DNA of 64,000 bases from Pseudomonadota bacterium (lineage in GTDB: Bacteria; Desulfobacterota; Binatia; UBA9968). The position numbers and the translations under genes were made by a program. This document shows, in pieces, positions 40,028-50,386 of the stretch. Each line of letters begins with the position of its first letter. The stretch's first letter is position 1. The DNA lies in the NCBI GenBank assembly GCA_021324155.1, contig JAJPJQ010000022.1, positions 30,450 to 94,449 of the forward strand, written 5' to 3'. A model generated the notes under the pieces. That model searched no databases. It was not told where the DNA came from and saw only the letters and a program-made list of their open reading frames with translations.

Positions 40028-40987
40028 GTGATTCTTATCACCGGCGGATTGGGATTTTTAGGCGCGAACCTGGCGCAGCTGTTGTGCGCGCAAGGCGAGC
40101 GGGTGCTCGCGACCAGCAACCGCAATGTTCACGTCCCTGATTTTCTTCAGCCCTTCGCCGGAAAGAATCTCACCGTAGCGCCGCTCGATATCACGTCTCT
40201 CGAAAAAGTCACGGGGGCGGTGAACGACTTCAAAATCACCGGCATCGTCCACGCGGCGGTGCGCTCGGAGAAGGGCGACACGCCGCTCTACGACGCGATG
40301 AACGCGAACATCACCGGCACGATCAACGTGCTCGAAGCGGCGCGCCGCGCCGGCGTCAAGCGCGTCGTCTTCGTTAGCTCCGAGGCGGTCTATCAGGGCA
40401 TGCCGGACACGACGCCGTTCAAAGAAGAGGAAAAACTATTTGTCACTTCCGACCGCTACATTCCCGGCACGAAAAAAGCCGGCGAGGTCCTCTGCCTGCT
40501 CTACGCGGCGCAGACCGGCATGGAGGTGATCGCCGCGCGCGCCACGCGCATGTACGGCCCGCTCTATCAAGGCGTGCGCAATCTCGCCGGCCACATGGTC
40601 GACAAGGCGGCGCGCGGCCAGCCGATCGCGCTCGCGAACCAGGATTCCTCCGAGGCGCACGATATTATCTACGCCAAGGACGCGGCGCGCGCGCTCGCGC
40701 TGCTGTTGCAAACGAAGACGCTGCGCCACCGCATCTACAACGTCGGCTACGGCAAACTGGCCAGCCTCGCCGAGTTCGCCGCGGCGATACGAAAGATATT
40801 GCCGAAGGTGGAAATTCATCTGGGCGACGGACCCGGCCCGCTCACGTCGACGCGGACGCCGATGGACATCCACGCCTGCGTCGACATCTCGCGGCTGACG
40901 GAAGAGACCGGCTTCGTCCCCGAGTACGATCCCGAGCGCGGGCTTGAGCACTACGTCAAGTGGGTGCGCGATGGAGTTTACGAATAG
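40028..40987 (+). CDS. NAD-dependent epimerase/dehydratase (extended SDR)
   Basis: ILITGGLGFLGANL Rossmann motif and YxxxK (YIPGTKKAGE). GTG start. Confidence 0.85.
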   Translation: MILITGGLGFLGANLAQLLCAQGERVLATSNRNVHVPDFLQPFAGKNLTVAPLDITSLEKVTGAVNDFKITGIVHAAVRSEKGDTPLYDAMNANITGTINVLEAARRAGVKRVVFVSSEAVYQGMPDTTPFKEEEKLFVTSDRYIPGTKKAGEVLCLLYAAQTGMEVIAARATRMYGPLYQGVRNLAGHMVDKAARGQPIALANQDSSEAHDIIYAKDAARALALLLQTKTLRHRIYNVGYGKLASLAEFAAAIRKILPKVEIHLGDGPGPLTSTRTPMDIHACVDISRLTEETGFVPEYDPERGLEHYVKWVRDGVYE

Positions 40988-41111
40988 CCAGCCTGCCTGA
41001 AACTGAAGCGTGAATCGCGACGAGCGCGGGCACTGAGCAAATCGCTACGACGACTTGCTCGCGCATGGCGCTTCGCTTGAGAACTTCCCGGCATCAAAAA
41101 AATCCAGCAGC

Positions 41112-41141
41112 TTGAAGCACGGCTCAATGCACGGGTATATT
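41112..41141 (+). promoter_or_regulatory. candidate sigma-70 promoter (TTGAAG-N18-TATATT)
   Basis: Hexamers in the 206-nt gap, 52 nt upstream of the ATG at 41194. Confidence 0.3.
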
Positions 41142-41193
41142 GCCTTCGCGCGGAGCGGTTCGCGCAAGGTTTCGATCGCAGAAAGGACGTTCC

Positions 41194-42636
41194 ATGAAAA
41201 CCCTGATTCAAGGCGGGTACGTCGTCGGCTTCGACGGCAGGGAGCACGAAATCATCAAGGACGGCGTCGTCGTATACGAGAACGACCGCGTCGCGTTCGT
41301 CGGCAAAGATTATAAAGAGCGCGTCGATAAAACCATAGACGCCAAGGGCTGCCTCGTCTCTCCGGGACTTATCGACACGCATTTTCACTCGGGCATCAAC
41401 GCGAGCGATTACTTGCTCAACGAGGCGAACAAGGTCGATTACTTCGCGTCGAACTATTTGAGCCACGGCGCGCCGACGCGCGAAGGCGCGCAGCACGCGC
41501 ATCTAAAGGACGTCGACGTGGGACAGCGCTTCTCGCTGATCCATGTGCTCAAGAGCGGCGTCACGACGACGTTGGAAATCGGCGGGCCGGGCGCCGATCC
41601 GGCGCCGTTCGTCGCGATGGTCGACGAGGTCGGCATCCGCTGCTACACCGGGCCTAGCTACAAAAACGTGAGCTTCTTCCAGGACCGTGAAGGCCGGCTC
41701 GAATACGACTGGAACGACGCGCGCGGCAGCGAAGGGTTGGAGCGCGCCATCGACTTCGCGAAAAAATACAACGGCGCGTGCAAGGGACGCCTGCACACGA
41801 TGCTCTTTCCCGGCCACGTCGACTCCTGCACGCCGGAGCTGATGAAGCAAACACGCAAGGCCGCGAAAGAGATCGGCGTGCGCGTGCAGATCCACGCGAC
41901 GATCAATCTCTTCGAGTTCCACACCGTGCTCCAGCGCGAGCGCGCGACGCCGATCGAGCTGCTTCAGCGCATCGGCTTTCTCGATCCCGAGGTCTCGCTC
42001 TCGCACTGCATCTTCATCAGCGGCCACAGCTGGCTCGCGTATCCCTACGGCGACGATTTGAAAATCATCGCCGACTCCGGCGCCTCGGTCGCCTACAGCC
42101 CGCTGAAATACTTGAAGCTCGGCATCGTGATGGAGTCGTTCGATAAATATCTCAACTCCGGCGTCAACATGGGCATCGGCACCGATACGTTTCCGAAAGA
42201 TATTCTCTCAGACATGCGCTACGCCGCGCTCGCCTCGCGCGTGGCGGAAAAGAGCTTCGCCGCGGGCCATCCGCGCGACGTCTTCAACGCCGCCACGCTC
42301 GGCGGCGCGAAGCTCGTCGGCCGCGACGATCTCGGACGCCTCGCCAAAGGCGCCAAGGCCGACATCGCGATCATCAATTTACGCGACATCGCCTTCGGCG
42401 CCGTGCGCGATCCGATCAAAGCCGTCGTCGAGACCGCCGTCAGCCGCGACGTGCGCACCGTCATCGTCGACGGCGAGACGCTCGTCGACGATCATAAATA
42501 TCTACGCCTCAACGAAGACGAGCTGCTCGATAAAGTCCAGGCGAAGGGCGAGCACGTCTGGGACAGCGTCGCCAAATGGCACTGGACCGGCAAGGGCGTC
42601 GACGAAGTCGTCCCGCCGGCGTTTAGGATGAGGTAG
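41194..42636 (+). CDS. amidohydrolase (chlorohydrolase / aminohydrolase, Amidohydro_1-like)
   Basis: SPGLIDTHFHSG HxH metal motif, IHA, GTD. GAAAGGA RBS before the ATG at 41194. Confidence 0.82.
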   Translation: MKTLIQGGYVVGFDGREHEIIKDGVVVYENDRVAFVGKDYKERVDKTIDAKGCLVSPGLIDTHFHSGINASDYLLNEANKVDYFASNYLSHGAPTREGAQHAHLKDVDVGQRFSLIHVLKSGVTTTLEIGGPGADPAPFVAMVDEVGIRCYTGPSYKNVSFFQDREGRLEYDWNDARGSEGLERAIDFAKKYNGACKGRLHTMLFPGHVDSCTPELMKQTRKAAKEIGVRVQIHATINLFEFHTVLQRERATPIELLQRIGFLDPEVSLSHCIFISGHSWLAYPYGDDLKIIADSGASVAYSPLKYLKLGIVMESFDKYLNSGVNMGIGTDTFPKDILSDMRYAALASRVAEKSFAAGHPRDVFNAATLGGAKLVGRDDLGRLAKGAKADIAIINLRDIAFGAVRDPIKAVVETAVSRDVRTVIVDGETLVDDHKYLRLNEDELLDKVQAKGEHVWDSVAKWHWTGKGVDEVVPPAFRMR

Positions 42637-42664
42637 GCGGCGATTTTCGACGAGAGGAGCGACC

Positions 42665-44035
42665 ATGCGCAAATGGCGTGTCGATCGTATCTCCGTCTTT
42701 TTCTTCGTCGTTGTCCTTTTGTATTTTTGGGATTTGATCTACTTCACGGGCATCACCGATCCCGCCCATTTACCTCACCCGTTCCGCCTTTTCAGATTGT
42801 TCGGAGATTCCGATCTTTTCCGCAGCTTTCGCAGCGTGCTGCGGCAGATGATTTTTTTGTCGCTGCCTGGAAGCGTTATCGGAATTGCTGTGGCGCACCG
42901 CGCCCTTCGAAACCGCAGAGTGACGGATGTTCTGCTTCAATTTCTGCGATTCGCTGTTTGGCTTCCTTTCCTGCTTCTCATCACCCTGCCGAGCGAAACG
43001 ACCGTCTGGGCCGTAGCTGCGGCGGTACTTTTCAGTTGCTACAACTATTTAGTCGCGCGCGCCCTCCTCAATTGCCGCGGTCGCGACGTCATCAATCACG
43101 TCGGTCGCGAGACGATTCTCCAACTTTTCTTCTTTTTCATGCTCGCGCAGCTATTAGTGTTCACGTTTTGGGAATCGCTAAACATAGGTTTGCAAATGCT
43201 CGCGATGGTTGCGATTTTTGTAGCCATCGTCAACTGGGTATTTCATTCGAACTTCGAGGCTTCGGCTCGCGCCCGTGAAATCGTTCTAGAAAAACAACTC
43301 GACCGTGCGAATCGAAGCTCATTAATCGCATTGATTGTCATCGTGATTGTCTGTCTTTTGCTTTGGCAGGCTTTTTCCTCTCTATGGTTTTACGGCTATT
43401 CCGTTTCACCGATCGCCCCCGTTTCCCCGTTGGGCGCTTTCAAAGCCATGCGTAATCTGTTCGCTGGCGGAGAAATTTGGCTGGATATTCGAGTTTCATT
43501 GATACAAGAAATCTTCTTTGGTTTTGTCGTATGTTCTTTGATAGCACTCGTCGTCGCGACGCTATGTATTTCGAAGCTTCTCCGGTTTGTCCTCTCTTTC
43601 TTTCTATCGTTTGCTGTTGTTCCGTCGATGCTTATCGCCTATTCGCTGGCATTCACATTTCTACTACCGCTGCATTCGACGATAGGGGTGTGGCCGATAC
43701 GGGTCGCCGTCGCATTTTTTACTTTCTATCCTTTTTTTCAGTCATGGTGCGCGTTTCGGAATCAGGGTAGGACTTTCCGAATTCTTCTCGCGTTGGACGA
43801 CGCGCTGCCTTTTGCGTTCGTTGCAATGATTTACGGGGAGGGGTTGGCCTCAACGGCGGGACTCGGGTTCGAGATGATTGTGGCGATCGCGACCTATCAG
43901 TGGGACAAGGCAATTGCAGTATTTCTTATTACCGTAGGTTTGCTCGCCTGCTTATCCTCGTGTCTTAGAGGGATCGCGTGGAGGTTCTATACGCCCGCGC
44001 CTACCGCAAACGCGATCCCCGCGCAGGCGGCCTGA
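42665..44035 (+). CDS. low-GC polytopic membrane protein: fused tandem ABC permease (NitT/TauT-like BPD_transp_1) domains
   Basis: About 12 TM segments. The C-terminal half matches the TauC/SsuC-like pattern (SPIAPVSPLGAFKAM ... RVSLIQEIFFGF ... RNQGRTFRILLALDDALPFAF ... GEGLASTAGLGFEM). The N-terminal half is a degenerate copy (LPHPFRLF ... NCRGRDVINHV). Third codon positions are A/T-rich, unlike the flanking genes. Confidence 0.6.
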   Translation: MRKWRVDRISVFFFVVVLLYFWDLIYFTGITDPAHLPHPFRLFRLFGDSDLFRSFRSVLRQMIFLSLPGSVIGIAVAHRALRNRRVTDVLLQFLRFAVWLPFLLLITLPSETTVWAVAAAVLFSCYNYLVARALLNCRGRDVINHVGRETILQLFFFFMLAQLLVFTFWESLNIGLQMLAMVAIFVAIVNWVFHSNFEASARAREIVLEKQLDRANRSSLIALIVIVIVCLLLWQAFSSLWFYGYSVSPIAPVSPLGAFKAMRNLFAGGEIWLDIRVSLIQEIFFGFVVCSLIALVVATLCISKLLRFVLSFFLSFAVVPSMLIAYSLAFTFLLPLHSTIGVWPIRVAVAFFTFYPFFQSWCAFRNQGRTFRILLALDDALPFAFVAMIYGEGLASTAGLGFEMIVAIATYQWDKAIAVFLITVGLLACLSSCLRGIAWRFYTPAPTANAIPAQAA

Positions 44036-44998
44036 ATGGCCGACTCCTCCCCGACCATCCTCATCACCGGCGCGGCGGGGAATCTCGGCGGGCTGCTCGC
44101 GCGCCATCTGGTCAAACGCGGACACAATCTGCGGCTGATGTATCATCGAAGGCCGCTCGCGCCCGATCTCACGAACGCACCGAATGTCACCGCCGTTCAG
44201 GCGGATTTGGCGAAGGCCGAGACGCTAGCGGCGGCCGTCGCGGGCGTGGACGTGGTCGTTCACTTCGCCGGGATTCTCTTCGCCCCGCGTCCGGAAAAAT
44301 TTCTGCCGGTGACGAACACGGAGTGGTTCGCGAACCTCGTCGACGCCGCGCTGAAAGCGAACGTCAAGCGCATCATTCTGATCTCGTTCCCCCACGTCGA
44401 AGGACCGACGTCGCCTGAGAATCCCGCGACGGGGCGTATGGATCGAAAACCGATCTCCGCGCACGCGACGACGCGGCTCGCGGAGGAGAAGCTTCTCCTC
44501 GAGCGCACCCAAGGCACGTCAACGACGCCCGTCGTGCTGCGTCTCGGCACGGTCTACGGCCGCGGCATCCTGATGATCGACGCGGCGCGCTGGCTCGCCG
44601 AGCGGCGGCTCCTCGGCGTGTGGCGCGAGCCGGTGACGTTTCAGTTCATCTCGACGATCGATTATCTGCGCGCGACCGAAGCGGCGATCTTGAGGCCGGG
44701 CATCCGCGGCGTCTATCACGTCGGCGACGAGAAGCCGGTTACGCTGCAGGAATTTCTCGATAAGGCTTGCGACGTGTGGAATTGCCGCCGGCCGTTTCGC
44801 GTCCCGCTCTGGAGCGTCTACGCCGTCGCGTCTCTCTGCGAGCTGTTCGCGGCGATTCTGAAAAAACCCTCGCCGCTAACGCGCGACTTCATCACCATCG
44901 GCCGCGTCTCGCACTGGGGCGACACCAAGCGCGCGCGCGACGAATTGATTCCCGAACTCACCTACCGGACCCTGGACGACGGCCTCGCGACGTTGTAA
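44036..44998 (+). CDS. NAD(P)-dependent epimerase/dehydratase-like SDR
   Basis: ILITGAAGNLGGLLARHL Rossmann motif. 320 aa. The start abuts the permease stop. Confidence 0.82.
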   Translation: MADSSPTILITGAAGNLGGLLARHLVKRGHNLRLMYHRRPLAPDLTNAPNVTAVQADLAKAETLAAAVAGVDVVVHFAGILFAPRPEKFLPVTNTEWFANLVDAALKANVKRIILISFPHVEGPTSPENPATGRMDRKPISAHATTRLAEEKLLLERTQGTSTTPVVLRLGTVYGRGILMIDAARWLAERRLLGVWREPVTFQFISTIDYLRATEAAILRPGIRGVYHVGDEKPVTLQEFLDKACDVWNCRRPFRVPLWSVYAVASLCELFAAILKKPSPLTRDFITIGRVSHWGDTKRARDELIPELTYRTLDDGLATL

Positions 44999-45026
44999 GA
45001 ATCGCTCCGGCCATGGAGGATTCATT

Positions 45027-46699
45027 ATGACGCCGCGCAATCTAATCGCCGCTCTTCGCTGGTCGCTGCTCTTCCTATTCTTTTTCGCTGCCGTCCACGC
45101 GCAGGCGCCGGCGCCTGATTTGATCCTGCACAACGGCAACATCGTGACGATGGAAGACAAGCAGCCGACGGCGGCTGCGATCGCAATGCAGGGTGAAAAA
45201 ATCCTGAGCCTCGGACCGAGCGAGCCGATTTTAAAATTGGCCGGGCCCAAAACGAAGGTCGTCGACCTCAAAGGCCGCACCGCGATCCCGGGTCTGATCG
45301 ACACGCACATCCACATCGTGAGCGGCGGCCTCGGCATGGTCAAAGTTCAGCTCGGCGAGGCGGAGTCCGTCGCCGATGTCTTGGATATCGTGCGCAATCA
45401 TATCCGCGATAATAGCGTGCCCGCGGGCGCGTGGATCGTCGCCTCGTCGGACTGGTACGTGAATCAGCTCAAGGAAAACCGCTTCCCGACGCGCTGGGAG
45501 TTGGACAAGGCCGCGCCGGAGAATCCGGTTTTTCTCCCGCGCGGCGCGCACCAGTCGGCCTCGAACAGTCTCGCGCTGAAGCTCGCCGGCATCACGAAGG
45601 ATACGCCCGCGCCGAAGGGCGGCGAGATCGGCAAGGACGCGAAGACCGGCGAGCCCGACGGCACACTGGTCGACACCGCGCAGGAGCCGATCCGCAAATT
45701 GCTGCCGAAGGAAGAAACCGGAGCGGCGCTCGCTGCGCTCAAGCGCGTGCAAACGCTCGCGCACAGCCTCGGCATCACGAGTCTGGTCGACGGCGGCGTC
45801 AACATGGGCGAATGGCGCACGATGGAGGAGCTCAAAAAATCCGGGGGCCTGAAAATCCGCATCGCGGCGCGCGTGCGGCCGAAGAGCCCGGAAGACTTTC
45901 GCGAGATCAATAAGACGCTGCCACCGGCGACCAATGGCTCCGCACCGGGCTCATCAAGGTGACTCTCGACGGCGGCTCGACCGGCGCGCTCTTCACCCAG
46001 CCGTACGCCAACAACAAAGAATTCTACGGCGTGCAGGTCAACACGACGGAATTTCTGCGCGACATCTCCGACCTCGCGAACGAGAACGGCTGGCGCATGA
46101 GCGTCCACTGTAACGGCGACAAGGCGTTCGACATCCTCTTAAGCACCTGGGAGGCGATCAATAAAAAAAAATCGATCGTGGGTCGGCGCTGGACCGTCGA
46201 GCACGGCAAAAATATCCGCCCCGACCAGATCGCGCGCGTGAAGGCGCTCGGACTGATCGTGACGATCCAGGCCGCGCCGTACGTCAAGGGCGAGACGTAC
46301 ATGACCAACTTCGGCCGCGAGCGCGCCGAGCAGTCCTCGCCGACGCGCGACTATTTGAAAAACGGCATCATCCTCGCCGGCGGCTCCGACTGGCTCACCA
46401 ATCCGCTGAATCCGTTCCTGCACATGTACTTCGCCGTCGCGCGCAAAACCAAGGCCGGCACGCTGCTCGGGCCCGAGCAGGCGCTGACGCCGGCCGAGGC
46501 GCTGGCGATGCACACGAAGTATGCCGCCTACGTCATGTTCGAGGAGGATACGAAAGGCACGCTCGCTCCCGGTAAGCTCGCCGACGTAACCGTCTTGTCG
46601 GAGAATCCGCTAACGGCGCCGGTCGAGCGCATCAAGGACATCAAAGCTTTGATGACGATAGCGGGCGGCGAGGTAGTCTATCAGGCGAAGGAGTTTTAG
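45027..46699 (+). pseudogene. YtcJ-like Amidohydro_3 metal-dependent hydrolase split by a frameshift near 45900-45915
   Basis: Signal peptide and PGLIDTHIH in ORF 45027-45962. The conserved GDQWLRTGLIKVTLDGGS is read in the frame of ORF 45959-46699, just after that frame's TAA at 45911-45913. The combined length of about 555 aa matches an intact family member. Confidence 0.7.
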
Positions 46700-47628
46700 T
46701 CCGCGGCTTTCGCGCCGGCGGGCAGCGGTGTCGGAATCGTCGCGCCGCCGAGCCGAATTTTTAAAAACTCCACCACCTCCGCATAGGCCTTCTCTCTGGC
46801 GACAGAATTCGATCCCACCGTCACGCCCTTGCCAGGGTTGACGCCGTTCGGCACGTCTTTGCGCACGCGGAGCGGCACATTCGGCGCGTCGAAGTCGTGG
46901 TAGCTGTCGGGATAAACGCGCAGCTCAAATGAGTCGCCGGGATATTGCTTGCGGACTTTTTCGCGCAGCTCGACGCAGGGCTTCGCCGGCGTCCAGTCGT
47001 CTTTTTCGCCGATCAAGACCAACAGCGGCGCGTTCGGCCGGTAGCCATCGCGCGATTTGAGGTAGGCGCTGCAGCCGGGATAAAAAGCCACCGCGGCGCG
47101 CGGCTGAACGGCGGAGGCCGCCACTTCTTTGTTCTGCCGGTTGTTCGACGACAGCACTGTCGATCCGCCGTGCGACCAGCCGAGAAGCGCAATGCGCGCA
47201 GCGTCGACCTCGGGCCGCGAGACCGCCCACGCGAGAGCGCCGAGAACGTCACGGCGCCGGTTCGCCACATTGAGGTCGCGCGTGCCGATCTTGATCGTGC
47301 AGATCGAAGCATAGCCGCGAGGCGTGAAGCTGTCCGGAAAGAGCACGTGATAGCCCTGTCGCCTCAGCAGCTCGCCCATCTCCGCATGCCGCGCGTTTAA
47401 ATCTCTATCGCTGCCGTACAGGCCGCCGCAGCCGTGCAGTGCGACGACGAGCGGCGCCTTCCCCGCCGTGTCCGCTTTTGCTTTGAAAAACCAGCCGAAC
47501 AGACGCACCGTTTTGCCGTCGCGCTGGTCGCGGCTGTCGAACTCGACGCGCTCGGCGCCGGGAACGGTCTGAGCATACAATGGCGTGGCTGTAGTGAGGA
47601 GGATCATGAGCGCGGCCGCGCGCACCAT
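46696..47628 (-). CDS. secreted dienelactone hydrolase-family alpha/beta hydrolase
   Basis: Signal peptide, LHGCGG and GWSHGG nucleophile-elbow motifs. Confidence 0.82.
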   Translation of the reverse strand: MVRAAALMILLTTATPLYAQTVPGAERVEFDSRDQRDGKTVRLFGWFFKAKADTAGKAPLVVALHGCGGLYGSDRDLNARHAEMGELLRRQGYHVLFPDSFTPRGYASICTIKIGTRDLNVANRRRDVLGALAWAVSRPEVDAARIALLGWSHGGSTVLSSNNRQNKEVAASAVQPRAAVAFYPGCSAYLKSRDGYRPNAPLLVLIGEKDDWTPAKPCVELREKVRKQYPGDSFELRVYPDSYHDFDAPNVPLRVRKDVPNGVNPGKGVTVGSNSVAREKAYAEVVEFLKIRLGGATIPTPLPAGAKAAD

Positions 47629-47637
47629 CGTCGATTA

Positions 47638-49425
47638 TTAGCTTGCCTCGACGAGCTTCTGCAAGCGCGAAACCATGCCCTTGATTTCGTCGAATCCCTT
47701 TTGCCAGAACGCCGCGTCGTGGATGTCGACGTTCAGCGGCTTGAGCAGATTTTCCGGCGTGTCGGAGCCGCCGGCTTCCAGCAGCGCGAGGTATTTCGGC
47801 ACGAAGCTCTTCCCTTGCTCGCGGTACATGCGGTAGAGCGCGAGCACGAGTAGCTGGCCGAAGACGTAGGCATAGCAATAAAAGCGGCTGTGGATGAAAT
47901 GCGGGATGTACGACCAGCCCCAGCGGTAGCCCTCGGGCATCTCGACCGCGTCGCCGTAATACGCTCCGTTGGCCGCGAGCCACGTCTCGCCGACGGCGTC
48001 GGGCGTCAATCGGCCGGCGCGGCGTTTGGCGAAGACGGCCTCCTCAAACCGGGTCAGCACGTTCTGGCGAAAGACGGTCGCGAACGCGTCTTCGAGCTTG
48101 CCCGCGAGGAGCGCGATCTGCACTTTCGGATCGCTCTGCCGCTCGACGAGGTAGTCGAAGACGAGCATCTCGCCGAATACCGAGGCCGTCTCGGCGGTCG
48201 TGAGCGGCGTATCGTAGTTGAAGTAGCTCTGCTTGCGGCTGAGCGAGCCGTGGAGCCCGTGTCCCAGCTCGTGCGCGACCGTCATCACGTCGCGCAGATT
48301 ATCGGTGTAGTTGCAGAGGATGTACGGATGCAGGCCGGGCGACGGCGAGGCGCAGAAGGCGCCGCCGCGCTTGCCCTTGCGGATCTCGGCGTCGATCCAG
48401 CGCTTGGCGAAAAATTCGCCGGCGATCTCCCGGAACACGGGGCTGAAGGCGTTGAACGCCTCGAGAATGATTTTCTGCGCCTCTGAAAAGGTGAAGGGCG
48501 TCAGATTTTTACCGACCGGCGCATACTGATCGTAGAGCGCGAGCTTGGGCAGCGACAGCAGCCGCGCCTTGAGACGGAAGTAGTCGTGCGCGACGGCATA
48601 GTTGCTTTCCGTTACTCCCATCATCTTGCCGACCGCGTCGGCGTCGATCTCGTTCACGAGATGGCGCTCCAGCATCGGATCGGGATATTTCCGCAGGCGG
48701 TCCATGGTGAGGTGATCCTGGATCAGCGTGTCGTAGATGAACGTGAGCGTGTCGCGATGCTCCGCGAGGCCTCGGTAGACGGTCTCCATCGCTTTCCGCC
48801 GCAGTTCGCGCTCGGGCTCGTGCAGCAGGGCCAGCGTTTCGCTCAAGGTTAAATCTTCTTTTTTCCCATCTCGCTCCAGAGGAAAGGAAAGCGCTGAGGT
48901 GATTTCGGAGAAGAGCCGGCCGAATGCGTTCCGCCCCGTGTTGTCCTTCTCGTTGACGATCTTCTCCTCGGCCTCGGAAAGCTTGTGCGGGCGAAAGCGC
49001 CGGATGCTTGTTAGGTAATGTGTATAATTTTTCAATTCCGGCGCGCGCTGGCAGCGCGCCGCCGCGTCGTCGGGAAGCTCGAGCCATTCGAGCTCGAAGA
49101 AAAGCAGGATGTTGCGGATCTCCGTCACGCGCTGCTCGACGCGCTGGTCGAGGTCCTGATATTCCGCCTTCATGGAATCGGCTGAATAGAGCAAGCTCGA
49201 ATAGTTCGCGACGCGGCTTAGGCTGTCTTCGACCTGCTCGAGCTCTTTGAGCGCCGAAAGCAAATCCGCGGGCTTCATGGCGGCAATCTTGCCGCGATAG
49301 CGGAGCGCGAAGCCTTCGGCTTCGGCCCGGCAGTCGTCGAGCGTCGCCTCGATGCGCGGATCGTCGTGCGCGGAAAAAAGATCGCTCAAATCCCAGCGGA
49401 TGCCTTCGGCGCTGTTGCTCGGCAT
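47638..49425 (-). CDS. pepF: M3B oligoendopeptidase F
   Basis: HELGHGLH zinc motif. 595 aa. N-terminal IRWDLSDLF is typical of PepF. Confidence 0.9.
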   Translation of the reverse strand: MPSNSAEGIRWDLSDLFSAHDDPRIEATLDDCRAEAEGFALRYRGKIAAMKPADLLSALKELEQVEDSLSRVANYSSLLYSADSMKAEYQDLDQRVEQRVTEIRNILLFFELEWLELPDDAAARCQRAPELKNYTHYLTSIRRFRPHKLSEAEEKIVNEKDNTGRNAFGRLFSEITSALSFPLERDGKKEDLTLSETLALLHEPERELRRKAMETVYRGLAEHRDTLTFIYDTLIQDHLTMDRLRKYPDPMLERHLVNEIDADAVGKMMGVTESNYAVAHDYFRLKARLLSLPKLALYDQYAPVGKNLTPFTFSEAQKIILEAFNAFSPVFREIAGEFFAKRWIDAEIRKGKRGGAFCASPSPGLHPYILCNYTDNLRDVMTVAHELGHGLHGSLSRKQSYFNYDTPLTTAETASVFGEMLVFDYLVERQSDPKVQIALLAGKLEDAFATVFRQNVLTRFEEAVFAKRRAGRLTPDAVGETWLAANGAYYGDAVEMPEGYRWGWSYIPHFIHSRFYCYAYVFGQLLVLALYRMYREQGKSFVPKYLALLEAGGSDTPENLLKPLNVDIHDAAFWQKGFDEIKGMVSRLQKLVEAS

Positions 49426-49548
49426 AGGTGCTCCTTTGCGTTCAAGTAAGCATTTCCCGTTTCTCGCGGCAAGCGAGTTGCAACTTTCAACTTTGAAGGA
49501 TAATCCTAGCTTTTCTGCAACACGGAATGTTCGCTATAAGGAGATTTC

Positions 49549-50256
49549 ATGACGCAAATCGATGAACTGAAGATGAAAGTCGCGATGGCCTGCCGCATGC
49601 TTTACGTCGCGGAGCTGGTCGATTACAGCGGCCACATCAGCATCCGGATTCCCGGCACCGATAAATTTCTGATCCACGGCCATCCGGTGAGCCGCTGCGA
49701 GGTCACGCCGGACGACGTCGTCACGGTCGATCGCGACGGCAAAAAAGTCGAAGGCAAATGGAATCCGCCGTCGGAGCTGCCGATGCACATCCGCACCTAC
49801 CGCGCGCGCGACGATGTGCAGAGCGTCGCGCACCTGCATAACCGGATGGTGGTCGTGTTGAGCATGGCCGGGCGCTCGCTCGTCGCGGCCGACAACCCCG
49901 GCGCGCTCTTCGGCACAGGTCCGCTGCCCGTTTACAACGATCCCGCGCTCATTCACACCGACGAACAGGGCGACGCTGTCGCGCGTACGCTCGGCAAGCG
50001 CGACGCCGCGATTTTGCGCGGTCACGGCTCGGTCGTAGTCGGTCAGTCGATCGAATGGACCTTCGCGGCCTGCGTCGATCTTGAGGAGAGCGCGGCCCGG
50101 ACCTGCCTAGCCTCGACCTTGGGCCCAATCCGGCCGTACAACGAGGATGAGCTGGAGCGCGTCGGCAAAGGCCGCCGCAAGATGTCGGTAATTCAGAAAG
50201 TCTGGGACCACTACGTCGCGAAAACGAAGCTGGCTGGCTTGCTGAACGGATTATGA
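49549..50256 (+). CDS. class II aldolase/adducin-family protein
   Basis: SGHISIR, ELPMHIR and LHNRM His motifs, RGHGSVVVG. Confidence 0.85.
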   Translation: MTQIDELKMKVAMACRMLYVAELVDYSGHISIRIPGTDKFLIHGHPVSRCEVTPDDVVTVDRDGKKVEGKWNPPSELPMHIRTYRARDDVQSVAHLHNRMVVVLSMAGRSLVAADNPGALFGTGPLPVYNDPALIHTDEQGDAVARTLGKRDAAILRGHGSVVVGQSIEWTFAACVDLEESAARTCLASTLGPIRPYNEDELERVGKGRRKMSVIQKVWDHYVAKTKLAGLLNGL

Positions 50257-50386
50257 GATAAGCTGTTGAATTTATTATAAAATACGAACGGGAGGATTTC
50301 CGACTCCGACAAAAAGATATCCTTGCGTTTTTTAGACCCGCGTGATATGGCTATGTATTCTCTAGCAATCACCAGAAGGGTCTCCA

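Noticed and set aside
45895-45965. Programmed ribosomal frameshift in the YtcJ-like gene (the same was considered for the M48 and DUF898 sites)
   Set aside because: No X-XXY-YYZ slippery heptamer and no downstream pseudoknot-like structure is visible at any of the shift sites.
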